64,000 bases of DNA from Lama guanicoe (GCA_013239625.1 MU053994.1:2175589-2239588), one strand, 5' to 3'; shown: positions 45,719 through 58,908, counted from the first letter of the stretch. Numbers and translations: made by a program. The notes: generated from the letters alone by a model not told the origin.

Positions 45719-45982
45719 GAATTAGGTAAGCCTCTTTATTTCACCAGGATGTTCCTTTACAACCTTCCCAAGGATCATGGGCACATGGGTGACCTCAGAA
45801 GTCCTAAACTTTGGCCAGGGCTACAGATCCAAAGCAGGACAGATGAAAGAGGGTTGAGTAGAGCTAATGGCTGTGGGAGGACCTCTCCAAGCTTCTTTTT
45901 TAAAATCCAAGGAATCCAGGGAAGAGCATTCAGGGTTAGCTACTGAATCAGGAACCAGTTCGTGCCCCTCATTGGTATAGAC

Positions 45983-46815
45983 TGTTGGCGAGTAAAAGTG
46001 GCCAGATCCCAAATCCAATTCATGGAGGGAGACGGGTTCCCCCACCCCAACAAAGGCGATGTTTGGGACACTAGCTGGGTGCCCTCCAATTCGACTCAAT
46101 TCCGATGCTAGTTACCCAGAGATAGCGTCCGATCCTACAGGTTAAGGACTCAGTCACACAAGCCTGCCCTCCCCGTCCCCATTCAGATGCCAGTCGCAAG
46201 TCCAGCTTGTCACCTGTACTTTTGATCTGCTGGCTATATATCAGAGGTTCCCACAACCTCCTCCCTGGGTTCCATTACTTTGCTAGAGCAGCTCACAGAA
46301 CTCAGAAAACCATTTTACTCACTAGATCACTGGTTTGTTATAAAAGGACATAACTCAGGAAGCCAGATGGAAGAGATGCAGAGGGCAAGGCGTGCAGAAA
46401 GGGCGCGGAGCCCCCATCCCTCTCTCTGGGCTCACCTCGCCACTCTCCCCACATCTCCACGTGTTCACCAACCCGGAAGCTCTTCGAACCTCATCTTTTT
46501 CTGGGTGTTTCTGGAGGCTTCATTACACAGGCAGGGTTGATTAAATCACCGGCTGTCTGCGACTGATTCAACCTCCCGCCCTCTCCCCTCCCAGGAGGTC
46601 AGGAGGTGGGAATGAAAGTTCCAACCCTCTACCCCGATGGTAGGTTCCTCTGGTGGGCAGCCCCCATCCTTAGGTGCCGGCCAAAAGTCACCTCATTAAC
46701 ATCACAAAGACACCTTTATCACCCTCAGCATTTAGCAAATTCCAAGAGTTTCAGGAGGTCTGCACCAGAGACAAAGACCAAATCTCCATTTCTTATTAAA
46801 AATCCCATTATCACA
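45983..46815 (-). mobile_element. MER21-like ERV LTR
   Basis: ttgctagagcagctcacagaactcag...ggaagagatgcagagggcaagg...ggaggcttcattac...ttgattaaatca; ends tatcaca (reverse of TGTGATA). Confidence 0.8.
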
Positions 46816-48409
46816 GCAGATCTCCCTTGGGCTCTACCGGAGGAGAATGAGCCACTGGAGGCTAAGCGGTAACCCCAAGCATCTCGATGGAGAACATCTC
46901 TTATTTCTCTAGGACCTGAGTGCTCCCCAAACCCCTGTCCCTCGTGAAAAAGGCCTTTGGTCTTAGCTGCAATGCTTTCAGGCACCCCATCATTCTCGCC
47001 ACTTCTCCTTGCCGGGAGTTTATGGCATTAAAAAAAGCAACCATCACGACAAATTTCCTTTTCTTCTGGCCTTTCCAGAAAGAAACCTAAAGTGCTCGTA
47101 TTATTTTCCACTTTTAATCACGGCTTGACAGAGATGGAAAGTTAAGTCATGTAATTGCTTTTGTGTTTTGTACTTCTTTTCACTATTTTGGAAAAAAAAA
47201 AAAAAGAACTAGTTCAATGGATAAAATGTAGGTTTACACCAAACCCCAAACATCACGAGCGTTAATGGCAACCATGTGTTATTCTGGAGCGTACGCGCCT
47301 ACTTTATTGGAGGAAGAAAAAAAAATGCGGCGCTGCTCAGCTGGGATACAGTGAGCCTCACAGTTCCAAAGGCATGTTTGGGGACAGACAGCGGTTTCAA
47401 GTATCTCAAAGTAAAAAAGATATATTTTGGAAAAACAAAAAACAACTTAAGAGATAGGTGACAATAGGCTACTTGCAGCAAGACTGCCTTCCCCAAACTC
47501 TCGAGTCGTAAAACTTCTGTCTCAGAATCAGAAGGCTGGGGATGCCTAGAGGCACATCTGGTTCATCCCACCACCTTCTGCCCAGATTGTCCACAAAACC
47601 ACTAGGCCAGCCGGTGGCCCCCTGAGCAGAGGCCAAGACAATGCAAACAGCTGGGGCTGAAGCTTGGCCCCCAAGTGCCCCCCACCGAGAGAAGAGCTGG
47701 GAGGGGGCTCTCCACCCAGCATGGATCCTGCCCGCTCTCTCCTGTTGCCTGAAGCCTCAGGTGGGCTGGGATGGGAGAGGCATGAACTTAGTAGAGACCG
47801 ACTTGGTTCTGGGAGCCGTGACTTGACGCCACTGCATCATGATTTCCTCCTGGAAGGTCTGGTGCAGCCTTAGTCTTTGTGTGTGAATTTAGCGTCTGCT
47901 CAGGGGCTAGAATCAGAGCTGTGGTTGGAAGCACCCAGCTCCAAATTGTCAAGCTGGTAGGAATTTTTGCTTGGTCACAAAGTCTAGTGTGCTGAGACTA
48001 ATGCTCTTTATTTTCCTTTTTTTTTTTTTTTTGAACATGAGTTGTTAAGAACAAGCACAACAAACTAGTGTGGGGGTCAGGGTGGGAGAAGCCGGGAGGA
48101 TAGGGCAAGGGGAAGAAGTTCTGCTCGATTGGTCGTAAAACTCCAGAGTTAACTAGAGTTACCTTGGCTCTCAAGCTCTCGTTTCCACTGATGGTGGAAA
48201 CCGTCAGCGTGCCAAGTCAGCCCAGCTCAGCACTTAAAGGTCGTCCTTTTCAGGGCAAACGGCAGTTCTCCCTCATCCTCACCTTCTCCTTCTCTTCTCC
48301 TAGGGGTAAGCAAGGGCTGACCCCTGGGCCTGGCTTAAGGAAGGGGCCCACACGCCACCACTGGTACTCGCTAACTTCTGCCCATCGGGTTATCCATCTC
48401 CGGCTGCAC

Positions 48410-48920
48410 AGCAAACCGCTCCAAAACTTAAAATAAGCCCAATATTTATTTTTCCCATAAAAGCTGCGATTTGAGCAGGGCTTGGCAGGGACAGCTATCT
48501 CCACTGCATTTGGTGTTAGCTGGGGTGGCTCGAAGGCTGGGCATTGGTACCACTCCAAGGCCCCCTCGGGCAGCTGGTGCTGGGTTGCCCGGGACCTCAT
48601 CTGAGGCTGTCACCTGGAACACCTACATGTGGCCCCAGCCTGTGGTCTGGGCCTCCTCACAGCGTGGCAGCTGGGTTCTAAGAGTGAGGGAAGAGAAGAG
48701 AGGGAAAGGGTGTGCCAATTTGCTTTTCATGACCTGGTCCTTAGAAATCCTGTGGTATTACTTGGTCACATTCCATTTGTCAAAGTGGTCACAGAGGCCT
48801 GCTGCACTTTAAGAGGAGGAGGGGAAGACTCCACCTTTTGATGGGGAAATGGCACATGCTAGAAGAGTATGTGGATTCACAAATGTTGTAGAGGCCAAGT
48901 TTCAAGACACAGCCTGCTAC
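48410..48920 (-). mobile_element. MaLR LTR (MLT1G/F-like)
   Basis: tttgagcagggcttggcagggacagct...acacctacatgtggcc...gactccaccttttgatggg. Confidence 0.75.
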
Positions 48921-49139
48921 ATCCTCTCTTCTCCATGCATTTGCTGCTGACCTTTTTAGAGCTGCCACGGTCTCTGGTTCATTCAGTCCACTCCAGTTCC
49001 CTTACCACTACCCAGAGGCCTCTTGGTGTTCCAGCCGTGGGGATGGGGAACACTGACACAGCCTATTTCTTCATGCTGGAGAATGCCGTTGGCCTCCAGG
49101 CCTCCTGGGCCTTAGCTGCCCTGTGACTCTGGCACCATG

Positions 49140-49440
49140 TTGGATGCGAGTCTTCTCTTTGCAGCTACAACCACCCCTGGTCCACTCTGCTCGAGCCCCA
49201 GCCTTCTGGTGCCCATTCCAGCCAGCAGGGAAGAGGAAACAACTCTCCTGAGGGCAGATTCCACATTAAGGACACTAATTGCAAATCCACCCCTTCATTT
49301 TACCCGCTCTTGGCCAGAACCTTGTCACATGGCCATGTCTAACTGGGAAATATAGACCTTATTCTGACAAACCATGTTGTTTGGTGAAAAATTAGAAGGT
49401 TTTTGTTTTTTGTTTTTTGCTTTATTTTTATCAAGGGAGG
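49140..49440 (-). mobile_element. MaLR LTR fragment (MLT1J-like)
   Basis: cattccagccagcagg...ttggccagaaccttgtcacatggccatgtctaactgggaaat. Confidence 0.6.
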
Positions 49441-49479
49441 AAAGAATTGGTTTTCAGGGAGAACTCCTTCCTTAACAAG

Positions 49480-49780
49480 AGGCTACATTTAATCTGAGAG
49501 CTTCAGGGTGAGTCAGAGTCAGTAATGCTAGAACGAGGGGAAGAGTATTTTAGGCAGATGGAACAGCAAAAACAAAGGCTCAGAGGCAGCAAAGAGCATG
49601 GCCTGTTCAAGGAACAGGAATATCATTAATGAAGGATGTGACTTGTGGAAGTGATGGCAGGTAGACAGGAGGAGAGAGATGAGATGAAAGGAAAGGCGGG
49701 TTTTTATTTATTATTTATAATTACCAGACCATGTGGGGCCATGTTGGCCAGAATAAGGAGTTTGGAATTTATTCTAGAAC
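49480..49780 (-). mobile_element. L2 fragment
   Basis: ggggaagagtattttaggcagatggaacagcaaaaacaaaggctcagagg...taaggagtttggaatttattct. Confidence 0.75.
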
Positions 49781-50344
49781 ATGTTTCCTAACAGACCGTT
49801 CAATGTCTACAATTCCCACAATTAGCTTTTTTTTTCTTGGTGTAAAAGTCCATTTAACACAAATATTTTTTGAGTGCTTACTCATGACAGGAAAACAGAA
49901 GGCATCGTGGGGAGGTAGGAATAGCTTGATAGTTGGAGTATTAGCATTTAGAAGGTACTGAGTTTGGTCAATTTATTAGCTGGGTATCCCTGGGCAAATT
50001 ACTTCACTTCTCTGAACCTCAGATTCTTAGCCAGACAATGCTGTGAGTTTTAAACAAATGAACGCATAGAACGGTTCATGGTGAACTCTAAGGAGCCTTG
50101 CCTACGCTTGATATATTGTTCCAATATGAATGTAAGTTCTTCCCGGAGTACCAAAGGGCCCACTGGAGGGTGAGTAGGGGAGGGGAGAGTATGGCTCTAG
50201 AGAAGGACCCCACAGGGAGAGGGCTGGAGGGAGGGGCCCTGGTGGGGTCACTGAGCACTGGGTCCTGAGGGGTGGAGTCAAGGATGGGCACCAGGGGATA
50301 CCAATGAGTCACTCTGGCAGTAAGTGTCCGAGGCCAGAGCAGGC

Positions 50345-50800
50345 GCTATTGATACCCATCTCTGCATCCCCTCAGCCAGCCTCTGGGTTCACCTGCAGCT
50401 GCAGTGAGCTGTTTCTGGAAAGCATACAGGGCTCCCCTCTCTTCTCTTTTCAGCCTGTGAACTTTCTTTGGCACGAAGGATCTTGCTGGAAGCATGCAAC
50501 CTGGAGCTGCCATAGAGTTAGCATCCTGGGGGAAATTCTCAACCCAGCTACCCCGAGTTGGCTGTTTGGAAGGGGGGATGTGTTCCAAGGCGTGTCCCAC
50601 ATGGCGTCTCAGGGGGTCCCCGGTGGGATGGAGTGGCAGCCGCCCCCAGTGGTAACTCGCTCATCAACATCCCCTGAATGGGCTTCCCTCTCCGTCTCAT
50701 TTCCCCACACCCTCACCACTCTTCCTGGGGTCACCTTCTAAATAAGCGACCTGCACCCAAATCCTCATCTCAGGCTCTGCTTTGCGGGGAACTTCAACCA
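50345..50800 (+). mobile_element. LTR16-like ERVL LTR
   Basis: cagtggtaactcgctcatcaaca...ttcctggggtcaccttctaaataagcgacctgcacccaaatcctcatctcaggctctgcttt. Confidence 0.8.
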
Positions 50801-50804
50801 ACCC

Positions 50805-51240
50805 CCGTTCCCACCTGCCTTCCCTGATATCCAGGATGAAAGAGCTGAAACCTGGCTCCCCCAGCTCCCATCACAGTTATAGGCGGCCACGTGACCCACT
50901 GCCAGGTATTGGCTCAGAAGCCAGTCTTATGGAAGGTTTCTTGGAAAGCTTTCCCTTCTTTATAAAAGGAACAGATATTTTTGGTGCTGGCACACCTCCC
51001 CCGCCTTCCTGCCTTGACCATGAACACACTCTTAGAGCTGCAGCAGCCGTCTTGGGGCCAGAAGGAAAGGCCAAGAGAATCACAGAAACACTGTCCTAGA
51101 TGTATTAAGTCACCAAACTCACATCTATAGCCATCGTGCTCTAGACTTCTTCTGTGCAGAAAATAATCCTCAGGTTGGTTGAGGATGTCGTTCACGGAGC
51201 ACTTGGTTACGTGCCCCCTAATGCAGTCCCAACTGGTACA
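50805..51240 (+). mobile_element. Old MaLR-type LTR (MLT1J/K-like)
   Basis: ggccacgtgaccca...gagctgcagcagccgtcttg...ggaaaggccaagagaatcacaga...aactggtaca. Confidence 0.55.
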
Positions 51241-52064
51241 GTTGCTCAGGGTGCCAAGGTCAGCGGCGGCTGCATCCTAGATTTCCAAGTCTTGGAGCCA
51301 GGGGGTCAGACCTCTCTGCGGTGGGCTGGCACCCGCTGGAGCAGCACAGCCACCCTTGCCCTGCTGGGCAGGATAGGCAAGGCCCCTCCTGGGAATTCTC
51401 AGACTTAGAGGTCGAGGAATGCAGGCGGCCTCGGAGACCGCAGGCAAGTCTTTGACCTGCTTCACTCATCTTCCAGCCTTTATTTCCCTCTCTCGCTTCA
51501 GATTTACAAAGAGAGCAAGCTCTGAAAGAAAAAGACAAGACTCTATCCAATGTTGAGGGCCAATTCCCTGATTCCCCTGACATCTCTTCTTCCCTTTCCG
51601 TCTCGTTTTGTCTTAGAAAGCAAGTCAGTGAAAACGAGGCTGATGAATTCTTTCGACTGAATTGCGTGCAACAGTTAACTGGTACTTACTGAGAGCCTAG
51701 GTTGCTCTGGGCTAGGGAAAATACCAAGGGCACGGAAGGCATGGCCTGTCCTGTCCTAAAACAGGACACAGTCTAGTTGGGGAGGCACGTGGAAGCACCC
51801 AAGAGGGCTTACAGTTTGAGAGGCAGGCTAGCAGACGGGTCAGGAGCATATGTTCTGGAAGAGGTGGTCTGCATCGAGCAAGGTACTTTACCCTGTCTGT
51901 GCCTCACTTTTTTTCTCCATAAAATGGAGAGAATAATTGTACCTAGGGTCATTGGTGCAGATTAAGTGACTCCGCCGTGAGAATAGTGATGATGATGAAA
52001 GTTATGTGCTCATCCGGCATCTCCACAGTGCCCGAGGCAGTGCTTTGCTCATCCTCAGCCACAG

Positions 52065-52330
52065 GAACACCTATTTATGAGTATCCAGTACACAGCAGGC
52101 ACTGTGCTAGGTGCTGGAGGTATAGCGGCCAACTAGACAGATAAGGTGCCTGCCCTCATGGTCTGGCAGGGACACGGACATGAAAGTCATTATAGCTGTG
52201 ACAAATAAGGGCTCCAGGCAGAGGACCCAGCCCAGGTTTAGGCATTGGGTGGGCGGCTGATGCCCAGAGCAGGTAGATGTAAGTGGAGGCTGGAACAGAC
52301 AGGGTCCAGATCTTGTGGGCCCAGAGGGTT
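52065..52330 (-). mobile_element. L2 3' end
   Basis: tatttatgagt...caggcactgtgctaggtgctggagg...gacagataaggtgcctgccctcatgg. Confidence 0.75.
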
Positions 52331-53349
52331 AAGTGTAGGTGGACGATCAAGGTCAAATATCAGTGATTGAGTCCAAACTGGTGGGGAATTCTGGCACGTG
52401 GACACAGGGCAGGGTGTGTGAGAATCACGCTCAGGCCTCCTTCTGACCTCTGCCTTGCTCCCTGCCCATCGGCCCTGTGGAGGGTTCCCGGGGCCCCCTT
52501 GGGAGCCAGGCAACGATCTCCTGCAGGCCACAGTTCTGATCCAGCCGCGTAGGAAGATTAGCAATGGAAGATTAATTTCTCCTTGTCATTTCCCCAGGGG
52601 CCTTAAGCAATCTCGGGAGCAATTTTCCTCGCCTAGAACACCGCCCTCGGGAAGCTGGCGGGGATCGGCTGCGGTGTGGCGCCAGGTGAAGGACAGCCCT
52701 CGAGTCCCAGCTTCGGAGCTGGGTGGTGAGCCAGAGAGAAATGTGCCCGCTGAGCAGTCATCGCCGGCCTGTAATGGACGCTGAACAAAAGAGAGGCAGG
52801 CATCAGCATCGCTTTGCTGTGCGGGCTTTCCATTTGGCTAAGGAGCGTGAAGGACGCCGGAAACAGAGCTCCGGGACTTTCGGTGCAGACGGCCGCTCGG
52901 AGCCGGGCAGTCTTTGTCTCCAACGAGATTTCTTTTCACAATCGCGGCTCTGCCTGGGGGGCGGGGTGCTGAATCCAAGGCCACAGTTTCTCCCTCCTGC
53001 TAAAGAGAAGGAAGAGGGCAGGGCTGTCTTGTGCTGGAGCTGGGGACCCAAGCGCACTTCCACGGAGGAGTCTGAAGTCAGATCTTAGGAAGGACTTCCA
53101 GGCCAGAAGGATAGCCCTTACTCTGGATTTTGATTAGCAGCTTTTCAATGAAACCCAGAAAGCTGTTGTTTGGGATAAATTTGAAGATTCTTAGGCTGGA
53201 GGGTCTAAGAATGATCGGAAGATTGGGACAGGGTACATCCCCCACAGGGTTGTGTTTCCTGGCTCCCAAATGGCTGTGCCTTTCAGCCACTCAGCTGCAC
53301 CCCATGCTATGCCATTCATTCACTGATTGTGTTTAAAATGGGGCTCCAC

Positions 53350-53485
53350 CAGTGTGAAGCTGGGTGTGGTATTAACCTCTCAGACTCCATTGCCTCATCC
53401 CTAAAATGGGCTTGATAATGTCTTCCTCACAGGCGGAGGGACAACAGTGAGTTAATATATGTAAAACAGCCAGCATACATGGCCA
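53350..53485 (+). mobile_element. MIR fragment
   Basis: cctcatccctaaaatgggcttgataatg...gagttaatatatgtaaaac. Confidence 0.65.
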
Positions 53486-53489
53486 CTGC

Positions 53490-54012
53490 ATCGGACAGGG
53501 TGCCTTCAGCTGCAAGGAATTGAAGACCCCGCTAAAAGTGTCTTCACAAAAGGGGGCTATGTTTCAGAAGAGAACTCTTGAGGCAGGCTCATTCCCAGAG
53601 CTGGAGGGTCTAACATCTATCTCTCTGCTCCACTATCCTCGGCTTGTTTGGGGGTGACACGCCTCATGGTCTACAGACAACTAAAGCCGTTCCAGGCATC
53701 ACATGTTCAGTTTAAAGAAATTGACGCCTCCTGCTCTAGTGGATTTTACTTCCGGTCCCATTGTCTAGTACAGAGTCATGTGACTGTGCTCCACCAATCT
53801 TTGGTAAGGGATATGAGACCATCATGGTTGGCTTAGATCAAGCATAATTCACCATCCCCACAGGACTGGGAGGGAGTCCTCTTCCCTGATCACCCTGGAG
53901 GGCAAACGCAAGAACAAAATTTGAGCCTGGCCATCGAGGAAGATGCAAAGAACTTGAGGGCACAGAAGGAGAGAACAGTTCCTTGGGTAAGCAACCTGTA
54001 GTTTTGGCTACA
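53490..54012 (-). mobile_element. MaLR LTR (MLT1K/L-like)
   Basis: ttcagctgcaag...ccaggcatcacat...tggttggcttagatcaa...gggtaagcaac...gctaca. Confidence 0.6.
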
Positions 54013-55304
54013 GTTCCCTACCTATCTACCTCCCTCCCTAGCTATTTACCTTTTTATTCTTGACTGTATGTCATATTTCCATGAGTAGAGAGAATATAAC
54101 CCCTTGCTGGCAGGAACCTGTTGATTTCTCTATTTCCCAGCCCCGGGCACCTAGTAGGCCCTTTATACACATTTGTTATTGATGATGATGATGACATATA
54201 TAAATGGTTGTAAGCATCATTAAACAGTAGAGTTTGTACACATTTCTATTTTTGAGAGCGGTAAGGGACTTTAGGAAACATAATATTTTCACAGCGGTTC
54301 TTCAAGTGTTACTCTGAAATTCGTTATGAGATCAAGGAGGAGATACTACAGAGAAATAAAAGTATGTTGCTGTCTGGTGAGAGGAAGTCAGGAGAAAAAA
54401 ATAACCAACACACATCTAAAGGAATATATATACACACACAGACTTCTTTTTTTTTGGTCCAACTTTCACTTCCTGCTTTACCAAAGCAATCGACCTTGAG
54501 AATGCCCCCCACCCGCCCCATAGTAAAGTGTTTTTACAATAGTGGCACCCAGTGGCTAGAAGGGTTAATCAGGGAACAGGAATTACTTTTTGCATCTCAG
54601 TTTTATCAACCAGAGCTGCATTTAAAAATTAAACCACTGAGTCAGGCATCTGAAGAAATGTCAGGGCTTCAACTCTGGCAGCATTTTTTTCCCACGCCTC
54701 CTTTCCTCTTAGCAGCTCAGACTTTGCGGGCCCAACCTCCACCTGGGAGCCCAGAATTAAGGCTGGAGGTGGGGTGGCGGGGAGGGTGGCAGGGAGGGGG
54801 AGAAGGGGGTGGTGAGAAAACCTCTGTCGCCTGGCAGGGCTATGGGGATTGTTAAAAGCTTGTTTATTCTACATCCTCTCTAGAACTGAGCGAGCGAGTG
54901 TAATTATGTGCATTGCTGGAGTTCCAGGTCTTTCCTCCAGAGGACATCTCCCCCCAAAGTTGCTGACGTCTGGTCCTTACGGGATTTCGGGAGGTAAGTG
55001 ATCCAGAGGAAACCAAAACCTCTGCCAGTTAACAGGATAACCAATTAACCAAACCAGTGAGAAGGAATCCGGGAATGCCCGTATCTAGCTTTGGCGTTCC
55101 ATCTTCATTCTTCCAGCAGTTAGCAGGGAGAACATGTGACATAGGCCAGGCTGGTAATTCCTTAGTCACTAGGCTTTGCAAGGTTCTAAGTCCTATTTAT
55201 TGAGCTACATGGACTGTGCCTCTGACTCAGAAGGGAAGGTAGGCCCAGGTTTCACACTGCCATAGGGAACGAATTATTTCCTGTTCCAAACAAGCTGAAA
55301 GATC

Positions 55305-55700
55305 CCTATGGCAGAGACCATTCATTGTTCCCAAATAGCTCTTTCCCCTGCTATTTATAAGTAATAGAATTTTAGCTGGGCACATTGCCTCCTGGAGAAA
55401 AAAAAAAAGGTTTTTCCCCAGCTTCCTTTACAGCTAGGTGTGGCCATGTGACTAAGTTCTGGTCGATGGAATGTAAGTAGAAGTCTTGCATGCAACTTCT
55501 GGGAAGTGGGAAGTATCCTTAAAAGGAGTGCTCTTTCTCTGTTCCTTCTAAAATTTGCTTGGAATCTAGTCTTGATGGCTGGAGCTCAGGCAGCCACCTT
55601 GGACTGTGAAGTGGCGTAGAATGGTCAAGTGTACCAAGGTAGCAGAAACATAGATCCCTGAGTGCCATACCAGTTCTGGGTACATTATATAAAGGCTTTT
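55305..55700 (+). mobile_element. MLT1J-like MaLR LTR
   Basis: tttagctgggcacattg...cagctaggtgtggccatgtgactaagttctgg...tgatggctggagctcaggcagccaccttggac. Confidence 0.8.
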
Positions 55701-55709
55701 TCCCCTAGC

Positions 55710-55866
55710 ATTTTCCTTCTCAAAATGTGGTCTTGTTAGAAGTACACATTCTCAGGCCCTATCCCAGGGCTACTGAATCAGATACTCTGGAGATAGGGCC
55801 CAGCCATCTGTGTTTTAACAGGCCCATGGGTGATTCTGATGCACTTTATAATTTAAGAACTGTCCT
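55710..55866. mobile_element. MER5A hAT-Charlie element
   Basis: ttctcaaaatgtggtc...attctcaggccc...ctactgaatcagatactctgg...tctgtgttttaacaggccc...gtgattctgatgca. Confidence 0.85.
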
Positions 55867-56157
55867 AGACTATTATTTTCCTATTAAGGTATTTTCATTG
55901 ATTTTCTCCCACAGTCTATTAAGAAAAAAAGTATTTAGAACTAGGACACCTAATACTCCTTTTGTCTGTCTTCTATTTTCCCCCACCTAATTTAAGAGGA
56001 GACATTATCAACATCAATAAGATTATGAAAAGATGTAAATTATGTATAGGTGAGAGCAGGACTCCTTAAAGCATAAAATTTAGGCCAAGCAAGAGCAAAA
56101 CTGGTACCACAAGCTAAAAACGTCCAAGGATAAATAAGTTGAGTTCATGGAGGCCAG

Positions 56158-56662
56158 TGTGATAGCTAATTGTAGGTGTCAACTTGACTGGATCAAGGGG
56201 GGCCCAGATATTTGGTCACACATTATTCTGGGTGTGTCTTTGAGAGTGTTTTTGTGTGAGGTTACCATTTGAATTGGTAGACTGAGGAAAGCAGATTGCC
56301 ATCCCTAATGTGGGTGGGCCTCATCCAATCAGTTGAAGGCCTGAATAGAACAAAAAGGCTGACCTTCCTGGGAGTGACGGGGAACTCGTCCTGTCTGACT
56401 GCCTTCCAGCTAGGACATCTGTTTTTTTTCCTGCCTTTCCTGAACCATCAGTTCTCCCTGGGTTTTGAACCTGAAGGCATTCAGACTGGAACTACACCAT
56501 CAGCTCTTCTGGGTCTCCAGCTTGCTGACTAAAGATCTTGGGATTTGTCAGTCTTTGTAATCATATGAGCCAATTCCTTAAAATAAACCTCTGTCTCTCT
56601 CCACACACACATATACACACATCGCATTGGTTCTGTTTCTCAGGAGAACCCTGGCTAATATA
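56158..56662 (+). mobile_element. MLT2B-like ERVL LTR
   Basis: tgtgatagctaattgtaggtgtcaacttgactgg...ggcctcatccaatcagttgaaggcctgaatagaacaaaaaggctga...ttggttctgtttctcaggagaaccct. Confidence 0.9.
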
Positions 56663-56689
56663 GACGGAGAGGCCATGTGACAGAAAACA

Positions 56690-56900
56690 AAAACCCAGTG
56701 AGCCCTGACTTTGAATTCTGCTTCCATTGTTAGCTAGGTGTGAATTTGCGTAACCTTTTGACTCTCACTTTCTTTCTTCGTAAAGAGGGGCTAATCATAC
56801 CTTCTTTCCCAAGACTTTGATGAGATTAAAGGAGATAATGTTTGTAAAACACCTAACATAGTGCTTGGCATGTAGTTAAATGCTCAGTAACTGATAACAG
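56690..56900 (+). mobile_element. MIR SINE
   Basis: tgagattaaaggagataatgtttgtaaaacacctaacatagtgcttggcatgtagttaaatgctcagtaa. Confidence 0.8.
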
Positions 56901-57109
56901 TGATAAAGATGATGATGGTTATGATGGTAATGATGACAAGTCCTGATCCCTGGCGGATGAATATGAGAAGAGACACACCCTGAATCTTCTAAGATACTTT
57001 CTAGGCTGGCATCTTTCGCAGAAGCCATGAGTGGGAGAGCCATGTCTGACCTACCGTCCTTGTCATTATCATGCATATATCATTATCCACATACAGAGAT
57101 GATGGGAGG

Positions 57110-57830
57110 CGTGGTAGCCAGTCTCCAAGATGGCCCCAGTGAGCCATGCCTGGCATCCCTGACCTGGCGTAATCCCCTCCTACAACTGAATCAGGGTGCA
57201 TCTACTCTGAATCTACTGTGACCTGTAGGCTCCTGCAGATGTGCTGGCCTGTGACTTTTGAGGTTGGTTACAAAAGACATTGCAACTTTCTTTTCTTTAA
57301 GAATTCATTTCTCTTGAGATATAATTGACATATAACATTGTATAAGTTTAAGGTGTGCAACACGTTGGTTCTATACATTTATATATTGCAATAATGATTG
57401 CCATTGTGGCGTTAGCTGACACCTCTATCACGTCCCATAATTATCATCTCTTTTTGTGTGTGTATGGTGGGAACAATTAGGATCTAGTCTCTTAGCAGCT
57501 TTGAAATTTAGAATTGGTGTCTGTAATCACTATGCTGGCCACCACAGTCTCGCCTCGCTCTCTTGTGTTGCTTGCTCTGGGGGAAGCTAGCCACCATGTT
57601 GTAAGGGCATTCAAGAAGCCTTGTGGAGAGGTCCATGTGGAAAGAAGCCAACTAGCCAGCACCACCTTGCCAGCCATGTGACCGAGTTACCATGCAATTG
57701 CATCTTCCAGGCCCTGACTTCAAGTCTTTTAGCTGAAGTCCCAGACATCGTGGACCAGAGACAAGCTATCCTCATGTACCTTACCTGAATTCCCGACCCA
57801 AAGAAATCAAGTTAGTAGTAAATTGTTAGA
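57110..57830 (+). mobile_element. MLT1F-like LTR split by a minus-strand L1 3' end (~57291-57537)
   Basis: gtggtagccagtctccaagatggcccc...aaaagacattgcaacttt | ttgagatataattgacatataacattg...cactatgctg | cttgctctgggggaagctagccaccatg. Confidence 0.8.
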
Positions 57831-57834
57831 AATT

Positions 57835-58087
57835 GTCTTCACGTGGCATTCTCCTTGTGTCTTCACATGCACTCCCCTTCCTCTCTGTGTGTCTGTCTCC
57901 AAATTTCGCTCTTTTTATAAGGATACCAGTCATATTCGACTAGGGCCCACCCCCCACCAGTATAACCTCATCTTAGCTAATCTCAGTTGCAATGACTCTA
58001 GTTCCAAATAAGGTCATATTCTGAGGTTCTGCGGGTTAGGACTTCAACATGTCTTTTTTTGGAAGGGACACAGTTTAACCTATAACA
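57835..58087 (-). mobile_element. MLT1C-like LTR, 5' half
   Basis: ttttataaggataccagtcatatt...ttccaaataaggtcatattctgaggt...gttaggacttcaacat...ggacacagtttaacctataaca. Confidence 0.85.
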
Positions 58088-58208
58088 AAAGACTTCTTAC
58101 TTGATGATTCAGATTCTAAAAGCAAGTGCCCCACCAGCCCACCTAAACAAGGCCGAATCTGCACGGCCTTCTCTTATCCAGCTTTGGAAGTCAGAGTTTA
58201 ACTTCTGC

Positions 58209-58908
58209 GACTTAAAAAAATGGAAAGATATCCCATGCTCCTGAATTGTTAGAATCAGTATTGTTAAAATGGTCACGCTGCCCAAGGCAATCTACAGATT
58301 TTATGCGATCCTTATCAAATTACCCAGCACATATTTCACAGAACCGGAACAAATCATAATAAAATTTATATGGAACCACAAAAGACCCAGAATTGCCAAA
58401 GCATTACTGAAGAAAAAGAAAGAGGCTGGAGGAATAACTCTCCCAGACTTCAGACAATACTACAGAGCTACAGTCATCAAGACAGCATAGTATTGGTACA
58501 GAAACAGACATATGGACCAATGGAACAGAATAGAGAGCCCAGAAATGAACCCACAAACTTTTGGTTAATTAATCTTCAACAATGGAGGCAAGAATACACA
58601 ATGGAATAAAGACAGCCTCTTCAGCAAATGGTGTTGGGAAAACTGGACAGCAGCACGTAAATCAATGAAGCTAGAACACACCCTTACACCATACACAAAA
58701 ATAAACTCAGAATGGATCAAAGACTTAAATATAAGACAAGATACCTCCTAGAAGAAAACATAGGCACATAGGCAAAATCTGGCATACATCTCAAAAATGT
58801 TCTCCTAGGGCAGTCTACCCAAGCAATAGAAATAAAAGCAAGAATAAACAAATGGGACCTCATTAAACTTACAAGCTTCTGCACAGCAAAGGAAACCATA
58901 AGTAAAAC
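58209..58908 (+). mobile_element. Young L1 ORF2 internal fragment, truncated at both ends, with TSD
   Basis: Translation [19 protein letters not shown]...[19 protein letters not shown]...[20 protein letters not shown]; stops and frameshifts; flanking 17-bp repeat. Confidence 0.95.

Noticed and set aside
7891..50946. TTCNNNGAA STAT/BCL6-type sites (e.g. 7891, 19672, 24919, 26068, 40551)
   Set aside because: About 16 are expected by chance in 64 kb and I saw no clear excess
58269..58609. ORFs with strong protein-like signal
   Set aside because: L1 ORF2 pieces with stops; reported as a mobile element
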